Shown here in pieces: positions 9,449-17,608 of a DNA stretch of 31,722 nt. The translations under genes were made by a program, and so were the position numbers. The notes beneath the pieces were generated by a model, which searched no databases, was not told the origin of the DNA, and saw only the letters and a list, made by a program, of their open reading frames with translations. Position 1 is the first letter of the stretch. Every line of letters starts with the position of its first letter. Origin of the DNA: Gammaproteobacteria bacterium (GTDB lineage: Bacteria > Pseudomonadota > Gammaproteobacteria > PS1 > Pseudothioglobaceae); the NCBI GenBank assembly GCA_003489145.1, contig DNJI01000069.1, positions 1-31,722 of the forward strand, read 5' to 3'.

Positions 9449-9853
9449 ATGGCAGCATTATTTTCAGATGAGTGGATGAACCAACTAAAAGAAGCTTGGA
9501 ACGGTTCAGACGAAGTACGTGGTAAATTAGCAGAAATTAACTTTTCATCAATCATTGCTTGTGGTTATAAAGGTGATGGCACACCAACCGGTATTTTTGT
9601 GGTTGAGAATGGCGAATGCGTTAGTGCAGGCGATTACAATGGTGAATCTGTGGATTGGGACATGCGTGCAGATAAGAAAAACTGGATGAAATGGTTAGAC
9701 AAGCCTTTAGGCATGGCTTCAATGGGCATGGCAGTTACCATGGGTAAGTTAAAGTTTGAGAAAGGCGATTTTGGCGCTATGATCAAAGACCCTAGAATGG
9801 CAACGCCGTTCGTTAAAAGCTTTGCTTTAATGGGTGCAATTGGCGGTGAGTAA
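9449..9853 (+). CDS. Stand-alone SCP2 sterol/lipid-binding-domain protein
   Basis: 'LFSDEWMNQLKEAWN' start and 'AVTMGKLKFEKGDF' C-terminal motif typical of SCP2 folds; strong RBS AGGAG; own terminator. Confidence 0.75.
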   Translation: MAALFSDEWMNQLKEAWNGSDEVRGKLAEINFSSIIACGYKGDGTPTGIFVVENGECVSAGDYNGESVDWDMRADKKNWMKWLDKPLGMASMGMAVTMGKLKFEKGDFGAMIKDPRMATPFVKSFALMGAIGGE

Positions 9854-9876
9854 TTATTGACCAACTAAGCACGATT

Positions 9877-9903
9877 AAAACCCGCCTTTATGGCGGGTTT
9901 TTT
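9877..9903. terminator. Bidirectional intrinsic terminator between the SCP2 gene and yrfG
   Basis: AAAACCCGCC-tttat-GGCGGGTTTTTT. Confidence 0.92.
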
Positions 9904-10582
9904 ATGCGTGTGGTTTTACTGGCAAGGTGTGCTCGAAAGTTTCAATGTTGATAAACCCTTCTACTAACTTAGTTTCAATTTTAGAACTGGGTTTGCTAAT
10001 AGCCACAACAGTGCCAATACCAAATTTTTTAGCGGACTTTAAAACTGTTTTTGAATCGTCAAAGAAAACACTCTTGGCTTTGTCCAGGTGAATAGATTCA
10101 TCTAATTTTTGCCAAAAATCTTGATCCTCTTTAGCTGCATCATAGTCATGTGATGAAATAATGGTATCAAAATATTGCTCTAAATTAGTGACTCGCATTT
10201 TTAACTGAATGGTTTTTCTATGCGCGTTAGTGACTAGATAAATGCGTTTGTTATGTTGTCTAGCCTGCTCTAGAAACTCTAAAACGAACGGGTGAACTTG
10301 GATTAAATGCGCCACATCTTCTTTGAGTTTAGCAATGTCTAATTCAAAGATTTTTTGCCAATAATCTAAACAGTACCAGTGCAATTTACCTTCTTCTGCG
10401 CGCATCACGGGGTAGAACTTGTCTTTTGATTCTTGATGGGTGAGGTTGTGCTTATTAGCCAATACCAGTGGTAAATACTCCATCCAAAAATGCAAGTCAA
10501 AATTCAGATCAAGCAACGTGCCATCCATATCTAATAGAATGGTGTCAATCTCAGGCCAGTTGATGGAAGAAGGATTTGTCAT
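9902..10582 (-). CDS. yrfG: HAD-family GMP/IMP nucleotidase (YrfG-like)
   Basis: 'DTILLDMDGTLLDLNFD', 'WYCLDYW', 'LVTNAH', 'FFDDS'. Start moved to ATG 10582 to avoid overlapping cysS; the ORF track gives 10624. Confidence 0.88.
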   Translation of the reverse strand: MTNPSSINWPEIDTILLDMDGTLLDLNFDLHFWMEYLPLVLANKHNLTHQESKDKFYPVMRAEEGKLHWYCLDYWQKIFELDIAKLKEDVAHLIQVHPFVLEFLEQARQHNKRIYLVTNAHRKTIQLKMRVTNLEQYFDTIISSHDYDAAKEDQDFWQKLDESIHLDKAKSVFFDDSKTVLKSAKKFGIGTVVAISKPSSKIETKLVEGFINIETFEHTLPVKPHA

Positions 10583-10592
10583 TGGCTTTGAG

Positions 10593-12008
10593 TTATCCTC
10601 GACGCCAGCTTGTGCCATTTGCACTGTCCTCTAAAATAACACCAAGATCAATTAGCTCATCGCGGATTTGGTCAGATAAAGCAAAATCTTTATTGCCTTT
10701 TGCCTCGTTGCGTTGCTTGATCTTTGCGTCAATGTCTTCATCGGCTAGGTCAACCCCTCTCTTTTTAGTACCCCCTTGAGGGGTGTGCTTTAAAAAGCTG
10801 TCTGCATCGGTTTGTAAAATACCAATATAGCCACCAAGTTTCTGCAAGAGTTGAGCTAAAGCATTAGCTTGATCGATGTCTTTTTCACGCTCAGAATTAA
10901 CTAATTTGGCCAATTCAAACAAAATACTTAGTGCAATTGAGGTGTTAAAGTCGTCATCCAGCGCTGCATTAAAACGTTTCTCAAAATCAAACCGTTGTGA
11001 AACTTCATCCATAGCTGCATCGGAAGCGCTTAATCCACGCATTGCTGTGTACAAACGTGTTAAAGAAGATTTTGCCAAGTCCAAGTTATCATCGCTAAAA
11101 TTTAGCGGACTGCGATAATGACTGCTCATAATAAAGTAGCGCAGAGTTTCACCATCGTAGCTTTCCAAAACCGTGCGAATGGTGAAAAAATTATTCAGCG
11201 ACTTGCTCATTTTCTCATTGTCTATATTTACAAAGCCCACGTGCATCCAAGTATTAACAAACGTACAATCGTGCGCACCTTCAGACTGTGCAATTTCATT
11301 TTCATGATGCGGAAAAGTTAGATCCATTCCGCCCCCATGAATATCAAAGTGGTTGCCTAAATGGTGTGTTGACATGGCCGAACATTCAATATGCCAGCCT
11401 GGGCGTCCATCACCCCAAGGTGACGACCAACTTGGTTCAGATGGTTTGGCCATCTTCCACAAGACAAAATCTAGCGGGTCTCTCTTATCAGTTTCGATAT
11501 CAACACGTGCACCAGCTTCAAGCTCATCTAGGTTTTTGCCCGAGAGTTTGCCATAGCCTTCAAAATCACGCACTGAGTAATAGACGTCGCCGCTCTTGCC
11601 TTGGTAGGCAATGCCTTTTTCAATTAATGTCTCAATCATATAAAACATTTGATCTATCGCATCAGTAGCACGTGGCTCTACATCAGGCGCCAAAACGCCA
11701 AGCGCACGTTCGTCTTCATGCATGGCTTCAATAAAACGATTGGTTAGGCTGTAAATATCTTCTTTATTTTCAACCGCACGTTTGATGATTTTGTCGTCAA
11801 TATCAGTGATATTACGAACATATTCGACATTGGGAAAATGGCGTCTGAGATGGCGAGTAATAACATCAAACATCACCAAAACACGCGCATGCCCCATATG
11901 ACAATAATCATACACGGTCATACCGCAGACATACATTCCTACCTTGTTAGGGTTGATTGGATGAAAGACTTCTTTTTGTTTGCTAAGCGTATTGTAGATT
12001 TTAAGCAT
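10593..12008 (-). CDS. cysS: Cysteine--tRNA ligase
   Basis: '[17 protein letters not shown]' (HIGH-type), '[10 protein letters not shown]', '[17 protein letters not shown]', 'KMSKS'. Confidence 0.98.
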   Translation of the reverse strand: MLKIYNTLSKQKEVFHPINPNKVGMYVCGMTVYDYCHMGHARVLVMFDVITRHLRRHFPNVEYVRNITDIDDKIIKRAVENKEDIYSLTNRFIEAMHEDERALGVLAPDVEPRATDAIDQMFYMIETLIEKGIAYQGKSGDVYYSVRDFEGYGKLSGKNLDELEAGARVDIETDKRDPLDFVLWKMAKPSEPSWSSPWGDGRPGWHIECSAMSTHHLGNHFDIHGGGMDLTFPHHENEIAQSEGAHDCTFVNTWMHVGFVNIDNEKMSKSLNNFFTIRTVLESYDGETLRYFIMSSHYRSPLNFSDDNLDLAKSSLTRLYTAMRGLSASDAAMDEVSQRFDFEKRFNAALDDDFNTSIALSILFELAKLVNSEREKDIDQANALAQLLQKLGGYIGILQTDADSFLKHTPQGGTKKRGVDLADEDIDAKIKQRNEAKGNKDFALSDQIRDELIDLGVILEDSANGTSWRRG

Positions 12009-12134
12009 GGCGTTATTTTACGTTAAAGCAGTGCGACATACACAGCTACAACAAACCCTTAATTTTTATAGGATAAAGGCAAATATATAATTGTATAATT
12101 CATGGGTTTATTTAATAATTTATTTGGAGAAAGT

Positions 12135-12734
12135 ATGAGCGTTTTAGTCACACAACAAGCACCCGATTTTACAGCTGCAGCCGTTTTAGCCAATGGCTCT
12201 ATTGTCGATGGTTTTCAATTATCAAGCCTAAAAGGTAAAAAGATTATGTTGTTCTTTTATCCGTTGGACTTCACTTTTGTTTGTCCATCTGAAATTCTAG
12301 CACATCATCATCGTATTGCAAAGTTTGCTGAGAAGGGTGTTGAAGTAGTAGGTGTTTCGGTAGATTCTGAGTGGACTCATAACGCATGGCGTAACACGGC
12401 TCCAGCAGATGGTGGTTTAGGTGCAATCGATTTTCCATTAGTGGCTGATACAGATCATTCGATTATGGAGGCTTACGGTATTGTGCATCCAGATGGTATC
12501 GCATTACGTGCTTCATTTTTAATTGATGCAAATTTTGTTGTGCGTCATCAAGTGGTAAACGACCTTCCATTAGGTCGTGATGTTGATGAAATGTTACGCA
12601 TGGTAGATGCACTTGATTTCCACACAACGCATGGTGAAGTATGTCCTGCAGGTTGGAACAAAGGTGATGAAGGCATGAAGGACACACCGGAAGGTGTTGC
12701 TGAATATTTAGCGAAGAACGCTGACAATTTATAA
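12135..12734 (+). CDS. ahpC: 2-Cys peroxiredoxin (AhpC/Prx1 family)
   Basis: 'FYPLDFTFVCPSE' and 'GEVCPAGW'; start placed at ATG 12135 after RBS GGAG (12126-12129). Confidence 0.93.
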   Translation: MSVLVTQQAPDFTAAAVLANGSIVDGFQLSSLKGKKIMLFFYPLDFTFVCPSEILAHHHRIAKFAEKGVEVVGVSVDSEWTHNAWRNTAPADGGLGAIDFPLVADTDHSIMEAYGIVHPDGIALRASFLIDANFVVRHQVVNDLPLGRDVDEMLRMVDALDFHTTHGEVCPAGWNKGDEGMKDTPEGVAEYLAKNADNL

Positions 12735-12750
12735 TCAGTCACTGCTTGAT

Positions 12751-12778
12751 AAAGGGGAGTTAAGCGCTCCCCTTTTTT
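12751..12778 (+). terminator. Intrinsic terminator after ahpC
   Basis: AAAGGGGAG-ttaagcg-CTCCCCTTTTTT. Confidence 0.85.
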
Positions 12779-12794
12779 ATTAGGAGAAAACTAA

Positions 12795-12968
12795 ATGGGA
12801 TTTAAAAAATTAAGATGTATCGTTTGTGGCTGGGTTTATGATGAATATCTAGGTTCGCCAAAAGACGGCATTGAGCCAAAAACAAAATGGGAAGATGTGC
12901 CAGAGGATTGGGTATGCCCTGATTGTGGCGCGAGTAAGGATCAGTTTGAAATGATTGAAATCGAGTAA
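12795..12968 (+). CDS. Rubredoxin (57 aa; not in the ORF track)
   Basis: Translated by hand: [57 protein letters not shown]. It has CxxC...CPxC and W-E-D-V-P-E-D-W; RBS AGGAG at 12782-12786. Confidence 0.95.
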   Translation: MGFKKLRCIVCGWVYDEYLGSPKDGIEPKTKWEDVPEDWVCPDCGASKDQFEMIEIE

Positions 12969-13004
12969 AATAATCGTCTTTAAGATATTCATAAAGGAAA
13001 TTTA

Positions 13005-14078
13005 ATGTCAAAAGTATTAATATTGCCAGGTGATGGTATTGGACAAGAAATCGTTGCTCAAGCATTAAAGGTTATTGACTACCTAAATGAAAATGCCAAT
13101 TTAGGCATGGAATTAGTTCATGGTTTGGTCGGTGGTACGGCCTATGATGAAACCGGGTCTCCATTGCCGCAAGAAACTCTAGATGCTGCACAAGCGTGTG
13201 ACTCTATTTTGTTAGGCGCGGTGGGTGGTTATCAATGGGAGAGTCTTGAGCGTGATTTGCGACCTGAGCGTGGTTTATTGGGGTTACGCGCCGAGATGGA
13301 TTTATTCTCAAACCTTCGCCCCGCGATTTTATATCCACAATTGGCCAGCGCTTCAACGTTAAAAGAAGACATTGTTTCTGGCCTAGATCTCATGATCGTT
13401 CGTGAACTAGTTGCCGGTATTTATTTTGGACAACCGCGTGGTATTGAGATTCGTGATGGCGAGCGCTATGGCTTTAATACTGCGACTTATTATGAGTCTG
13501 AGATTAGACGTATTGGCCATTCAGCTTTCAAAATTGCACAAAAACGTGACAAGCGTGTTTGCTCAGTGGATAAAGCCAATGTGTTAGAAGTGTGCGAGTT
13601 ATGGCGCGATGTGATGATTGAGGTGTCCAAAGACTATCCAGATGTTGAACTTTCTCATATGTATGTGGACAATGCTGCCATGCAATTGGTTAAAGCGCCG
13701 AAGCAATTCGATGTCATGGTAACCTCTAATTTATTTGGTGATGTATTGTCTGATTGCGCCGCCATGTTGACTGGCTCAATTGGTATGTTGCCAAGTGCGT
13801 CACTCAACAAAGACGGTTTTGGTATGTATGAACCCATTCATGGTTCAGCGCCTGATATTGCCGGCCAAGACATTGCCAATCCTTTAGCAACGATTTTATC
13901 CGTTTCAATGATGTTGCGCTATTCACTTAACCAAATTGCACTCGCTGATAAGATTGATACAGCGGTAAATACCGTACTTGATCAAGGCTATCGAACTGCA
14001 GATATTGCTGCTGATGGCGATACGGTTGTTGGCACCAGTCAGATGGGTGATTTGGTTGTTGCTGCATTAAAGGATTAG
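13005..14078 (+). CDS. leuB: 3-isopropylmalate dehydrogenase
   Basis: 'LPGDGIGQE', '[10 protein letters not shown]', 'NLRPA', 'VDKANVL', 'NLFGDVLSD', '[13 protein letters not shown]'. Confidence 0.97.
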   Translation: MSKVLILPGDGIGQEIVAQALKVIDYLNENANLGMELVHGLVGGTAYDETGSPLPQETLDAAQACDSILLGAVGGYQWESLERDLRPERGLLGLRAEMDLFSNLRPAILYPQLASASTLKEDIVSGLDLMIVRELVAGIYFGQPRGIEIRDGERYGFNTATYYESEIRRIGHSAFKIAQKRDKRVCSVDKANVLEVCELWRDVMIEVSKDYPDVELSHMYVDNAAMQLVKAPKQFDVMVTSNLFGDVLSDCAAMLTGSIGMLPSASLNKDGFGMYEPIHGSAPDIAGQDIANPLATILSVSMMLRYSLNQIALADKIDTAVNTVLDQGYRTADIAADGDTVVGTSQMGDLVVAALKD

Positions 14079-14080
14079 TT

Positions 14081-14320
14081 ATGGATATTGTCGTTTATTC
14101 AACCCACACTTGCCCAATCTGCGTCAAAACTAAAGAGCTATTAGATAAATGGAACTTACCATTTGAGCAAAAATATATTGATGATGATCGTGCCAATATG
14201 GTTGAGTTTTCAAAAGTGACTGATGGCGCTAGAATGGTGCCACAGTTAACTATTGATGGCAAGCATATTGGTGGTTTTAGTGATTTGACAGAACTTCATA
14301 TGGACGGCTTCTTCGACTAA
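14081..14320 (+). CDS. Glutaredoxin (GrxC-like, CPIC active site)
   Basis: 'YSTHTCPICVKTKELL', 'MVPQLTIDGKHIGGFSDL'. Confidence 0.9.
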   Translation: MDIVVYSTHTCPICVKTKELLDKWNLPFEQKYIDDDRANMVEFSKVTDGARMVPQLTIDGKHIGGFSDLTELHMDGFFD

Positions 14321-14413
14321 AAAATTTCAGAAATAATGAAAATCACCGATTTTGAACCTAAAAACACCTTGTAAAAACCCTGTTTTTAAGCATTAAGATC
14401 AATAAAACCCTCT

Positions 14414-14461
14414 TGTAATAGGCAAGGCCTATTACATAAATCAAAAATTTCGGAAATTTTT
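14414..14461. repeat. Two adjacent perfect inverted repeats in the grx-TRIC intergenic region
   Basis: TGTAATAGGC-aag-GCCTATTACA (14414-14436) and AAAAATTTC-g-GAAATTTTT (14443-14461). Confidence 0.7.
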
Positions 14462-14535
14462 AAAATAGGCGATAAACTCTAATTATTGCGTTACAATTCG
14501 TCTATTAGAACTAGCAAAGCAGGTCTACTAGAAGT

Positions 14536-15171
14536 ATGAATTTAGAAATTACACAAGAATTTTCCAATAGTTTGTATTGGATATCACTGGTAGCTGTGGT
14601 GGTGTCATCAGCCTCTGGTGTACTCAAATCTGGCTTTAGGCATTTTGATTTATTTGGTGTTATCATTATTGCTATAACAACTGGATTGGGTGGCGGATCA
14701 TTAAGAGATATGCTGTTAGATGTTGATGTATTTTGGATACAGGATCAAATTTTCTTTATCGCTTCACTGGTAAGTGCCGTGATTATTTTTGTGGGCGCCA
14801 GGTTGATTTCAATTTCACCAAAGTTTTTTTTAATACCTGATGCAGCAGGATTGGCTGCTTTTAGTGTTGCGGGCACCATGGTGTCATTGGTGGCGGGTAC
14901 ACCTTGGTTAGTAGCTAGTTTTATGGGGGTTGTTACCGGCGCAATGGGCGGAATCTTTAGAGACTTGCTGTGTAATGAAACCCCAATTGTATTTAAAAGT
15001 CCACTCTACGCAACGGCTGCGTGGCTCGGTTCTTTAGGATTTATTGTGTTGTTAAATGGCGGCGTCAGCGTTACTGCATCAGCTATTATTGCCGGACTAA
15101 GTATTTTTATTGTTAGGATAGTGGCAATCCGACTCGATCTAGGATTGCCAAAATTTCAATTAAAACAATAA
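14536..15171 (+). CDS. Trimeric intracellular cation channel (TRIC/UPF0126, YadS-like) membrane protein
   Basis: Two repeats: 'FDLFGVIIIAITTGLGGGSLRDMLL' and 'PDAAGLAAFSVAG...GVVTGAMGGIFRDLLCNETP'. Confidence 0.92.
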   Translation: MNLEITQEFSNSLYWISLVAVVVSSASGVLKSGFRHFDLFGVIIIAITTGLGGGSLRDMLLDVDVFWIQDQIFFIASLVSAVIIFVGARLISISPKFFLIPDAAGLAAFSVAGTMVSLVAGTPWLVASFMGVVTGAMGGIFRDLLCNETPIVFKSPLYATAAWLGSLGFIVLLNGGVSVTASAIIAGLSIFIVRIVAIRLDLGLPKFQLKQ

Positions 15172-15174
15172 GTT

Positions 15175-16131
15175 TTAATTATCTCTATCTTCAATCTCTA
15201 ACAACATCTTGTTGATATGCTTACCTAGTTGGGCATCGTAACCGTGCCAATCTCTGTAGTTGGCTAGCTTCTTATCAGCAAAAGGCTTGATTTCATAATC
15301 AGCCAAATCTTCCTCGTAGCCCTTCTTAGTTTCATCTTGAATAATTAACAAGTAATCTAGGAATGGTTGGACAGCTGTAGCAGTACTGCCAGACGGGCCG
15401 TGACCAGGTACATATTGATCAAGACCTAAATCAATGGCGTATTCTAACGCTTTAATATTACCATGCATATCAGAGGTGCCATCAAATCGACCAAAGCGAT
15501 GAATCAAATCATTATCACCTAGGAATAAAGTCTTGCTACCGACGTGCTCAATCATGATGTCAGTGTTAGTGTGGGCGACACCAGTGATGTCATTATGAAT
15601 TTTGAAGGTTTCACCAGCAACGGCGATTTCTTGTAGATGTGTGGTTGCATCCGTAGGGTAAGTTGCAATTGTGCCTTTTGATAAGCCTTCAGTTGAGGTA
15701 TCCATAATACTAACCCAGCTATCACCCTCACCATCTTTGGCTTGAGCGATCATAGCAGGATGTGCGTAAATTTTAGCGTTCGGATATTGCTCCAATATCG
15801 CTTGGTTGCCTAACCAATGGTCGCCATGAACATGAGTATTAAAAGCGGCTACAATTGGTTTATCCGTGATTTTTTTAATCTCTTCAATGACTTTTTGACC
15901 AACTTGGTAAGTACCGCCTGGATCAATGACAATCACGCCATCAGCACCAATCACCATGCCAGGATTATTCATAAAACCATGATTTTGCTTGTTGGGCTCG
16001 CCCAATGGGCCGTGTATGATATGAGTGTTGTCTGCAATCGCTTCAAATTTATAATCACCTAAACCATCAATCACCCAAGCATGTGTGAGCGTTGAAAGCG
16101 CCAATGTGAATAGTAGTGTTAATTTTTTCAT
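15175..16131 (-). CDS. Exported MBL-fold metallo-hydrolase, SoxH-like
   Basis: Signal peptide MKKLTLLFTLALSTLTHA; 'NTHVHGDHWLGN' (HxHxDH), 'LFLGD', 'VPGHG'. The SoxH-like label is inference from fold, export signal and host lifestyle. Confidence 0.8.
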   Translation of the reverse strand: MKKLTLLFTLALSTLTHAWVIDGLGDYKFEAIADNTHIIHGPLGEPNKQNHGFMNNPGMVIGADGVIVIDPGGTYQVGQKVIEEIKKITDKPIVAAFNTHVHGDHWLGNQAILEQYPNAKIYAHPAMIAQAKDGEGDSWVSIMDTSTEGLSKGTIATYPTDATTHLQEIAVAGETFKIHNDITGVAHTNTDIMIEHVGSKTLFLGDNDLIHRFGRFDGTSDMHGNIKALEYAIDLGLDQYVPGHGPSGSTATAVQPFLDYLLIIQDETKKGYEEDLADYEIKPFADKKLANYRDWHGYDAQLGKHINKMLLEIEDRDN

Positions 16132-16192
16132 TATTCTCTCCCTTGCTATAAAGGTATTATTGTACCTTTATAGCCTTTAATACGATAAGCTT

Positions 16193-16744
16193 ATGCGTAA
16201 AAAACCAAAGATATTAAATATCGAAACCCTTGCTACCACACGATTTTTTAATATTGAAAAGTTGGACTTAGAATTCTCCAATGGTGAGAGGCGTCAATAT
16301 GAGCGCCTCAAACCACCCGGAGAAGGTGCAGTGTTGGTTATTCCAATGCTGGATGATGACACAGTGTTAATGATTTACGAATATTCAGGTGGTACTGACC
16401 GTTATGAATTAGCACTAACTAAGGGAAAGATTGACAAAGGAGAATCACCCATTGATGCGGCTAATCGCGAGTTGATGGAAGAGATTGGTTATGGCGCTAA
16501 AGACCTTAAGTTAATTAAGACCATGACACTAGCCCCTGGCTATCAATCGAATTTCACCCATATTGTTTTGGCGCAAGATCTTTATGAGGCCAGTGCTGAG
16601 GGCGATGAGCCCGAACCATTAGAAGTGGTAGAGTACAAATTGAGTGATTTAGAGCAATTGGTTTATCGCCAAGACTTGACTGAAGCCAGAAGTATTGCAG
16701 CGCTTTACATGGCTAAGGAAATTATCAGAAAACAAAACCTGTGA
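16193..16744 (+). CDS. nudE: ADP-compounds hydrolase NudE
   Basis: Nudix box 'GKIDKGESPIDAANRELMEEIGY'; NudE-type 'LDLEFSNGERRQYERL' and 'EGDEPEPL'. Confidence 0.93.
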   Translation: MRKKPKILNIETLATTRFFNIEKLDLEFSNGERRQYERLKPPGEGAVLVIPMLDDDTVLMIYEYSGGTDRYELALTKGKIDKGESPIDAANRELMEEIGYGAKDLKLIKTMTLAPGYQSNFTHIVLAQDLYEASAEGDEPEPLEVVEYKLSDLEQLVYRQDLTEARSIAALYMAKEIIRKQNL

Positions 16745-17400
16745 TTGATATTCCGCAAGACTTCATCCTTCATTCACCAACTGTTCCATTTCCTGATATT
16801 GAGTTGGCGTTAGAAGAGCCCAATGGCTTAATCGCCATTGGCGGTGATTTATCAACCGAACGCTTATTAGATGCTTATCAACAAGGTATTTTTCCTTGGT
16901 ATAGTGAAGGTGAGCCCGTGCTTTGGTATAGCCCAAACCCTAGAATGGTGATCACCAAAGAAACGCTGCATGTTTCAAAAAGTTTAGACAAGGTACTTCG
17001 TAGTAATCGTTTCGAAGTTCGTACAAATACAAATTTTGAGCAAGTAATCCATCAGTGCAAAGATATCAAGCGTAAAGATCAAGACAGCACTTGGATTGAT
17101 AATGACATGGTACAAGCCTATATTCAATTGCATCATCAAGGTCATGCGCATTCTATTGAAGTATATGAGGGTAATCAATTGGCAGGTGGCTTGTATGGCG
17201 TGGCAATTGGCAAAGTGTTTTTTGGTGAGTCGATGTTCTCTTGTGCAAGTAACGCCTCGAAAGTAGCTTTAGTACATCTGTTAAAAAATACTGATTATCA
17301 ACTGATTGATTGTCAAGTAGAAAATCCTCATTTAAAAAGCTTGGGCGCCTTTAATATAGAGCGATCTGCGTTCGTGCAACAGCTACGGGATTTGGGGTAA
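16741..17400 (+). CDS. aat: Leucyl/phenylalanyl-tRNA--protein transferase
   Basis: 'PNGLIAIGGDLSTERLLDAYQQGIFPWYS', 'WYSPNPR', 'FFGESMFS', 'LIDCQ'; GTG start overlaps the nudE stop. Confidence 0.95.
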   Translation: MIDIPQDFILHSPTVPFPDIELALEEPNGLIAIGGDLSTERLLDAYQQGIFPWYSEGEPVLWYSPNPRMVITKETLHVSKSLDKVLRSNRFEVRTNTNFEQVIHQCKDIKRKDQDSTWIDNDMVQAYIQLHHQGHAHSIEVYEGNQLAGGLYGVAIGKVFFGESMFSCASNASKVALVHLLKNTDYQLIDCQVENPHLKSLGAFNIERSAFVQQLRDLG

Positions 17401-17437
17401 AATAAAGGCTTATCTTTTATACAATTGTGGTGACAAC

Positions 17438-17581
17438 ATGAATACAACCCTTAAATTAGCAGCATTAATTTTAGTCATTATCGGCTTATCTTCTTGTGGA
17501 AAAATGGGTGAATTAGAGCCAGTCAAGGCTGAGGCAGTTGCTATGAAAATCAGCACAATAACTCAAGTCGATATCGCCTAA
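17438..17581 (+). CDS. Small lipoprotein, LptM/YifL-like (47 aa; not in the ORF track)
   Basis: Translated by hand: MNTTLKLAALILVIIGLSSCGKMGELEPVKAEAVAMKISTITQVDIA. Lipobox LSSC followed by GKMGEL (cf. CGxKGPL); sits directly upstream of lysA. Confidence 0.75.
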   Translation: MNTTLKLAALILVIIGLSSCGKMGELEPVKAEAVAMKISTITQVDIA

Positions 17582-17608
17582 GTTTAAAAATATCCATTTT
17601 TTACGACC

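Noticed and set aside
12060-12110. OxyR box upstream of ahpC
   Set aside because: Only two of the four tetranucleotide units resemble ATAG/CTAT at N7 spacing; not supportable.
14321-14535. Glycine riboswitch upstream of the TRIC/UPF0126 gene
   Set aside because: The region is very AT-rich and I could not find the conserved aptamer segments.
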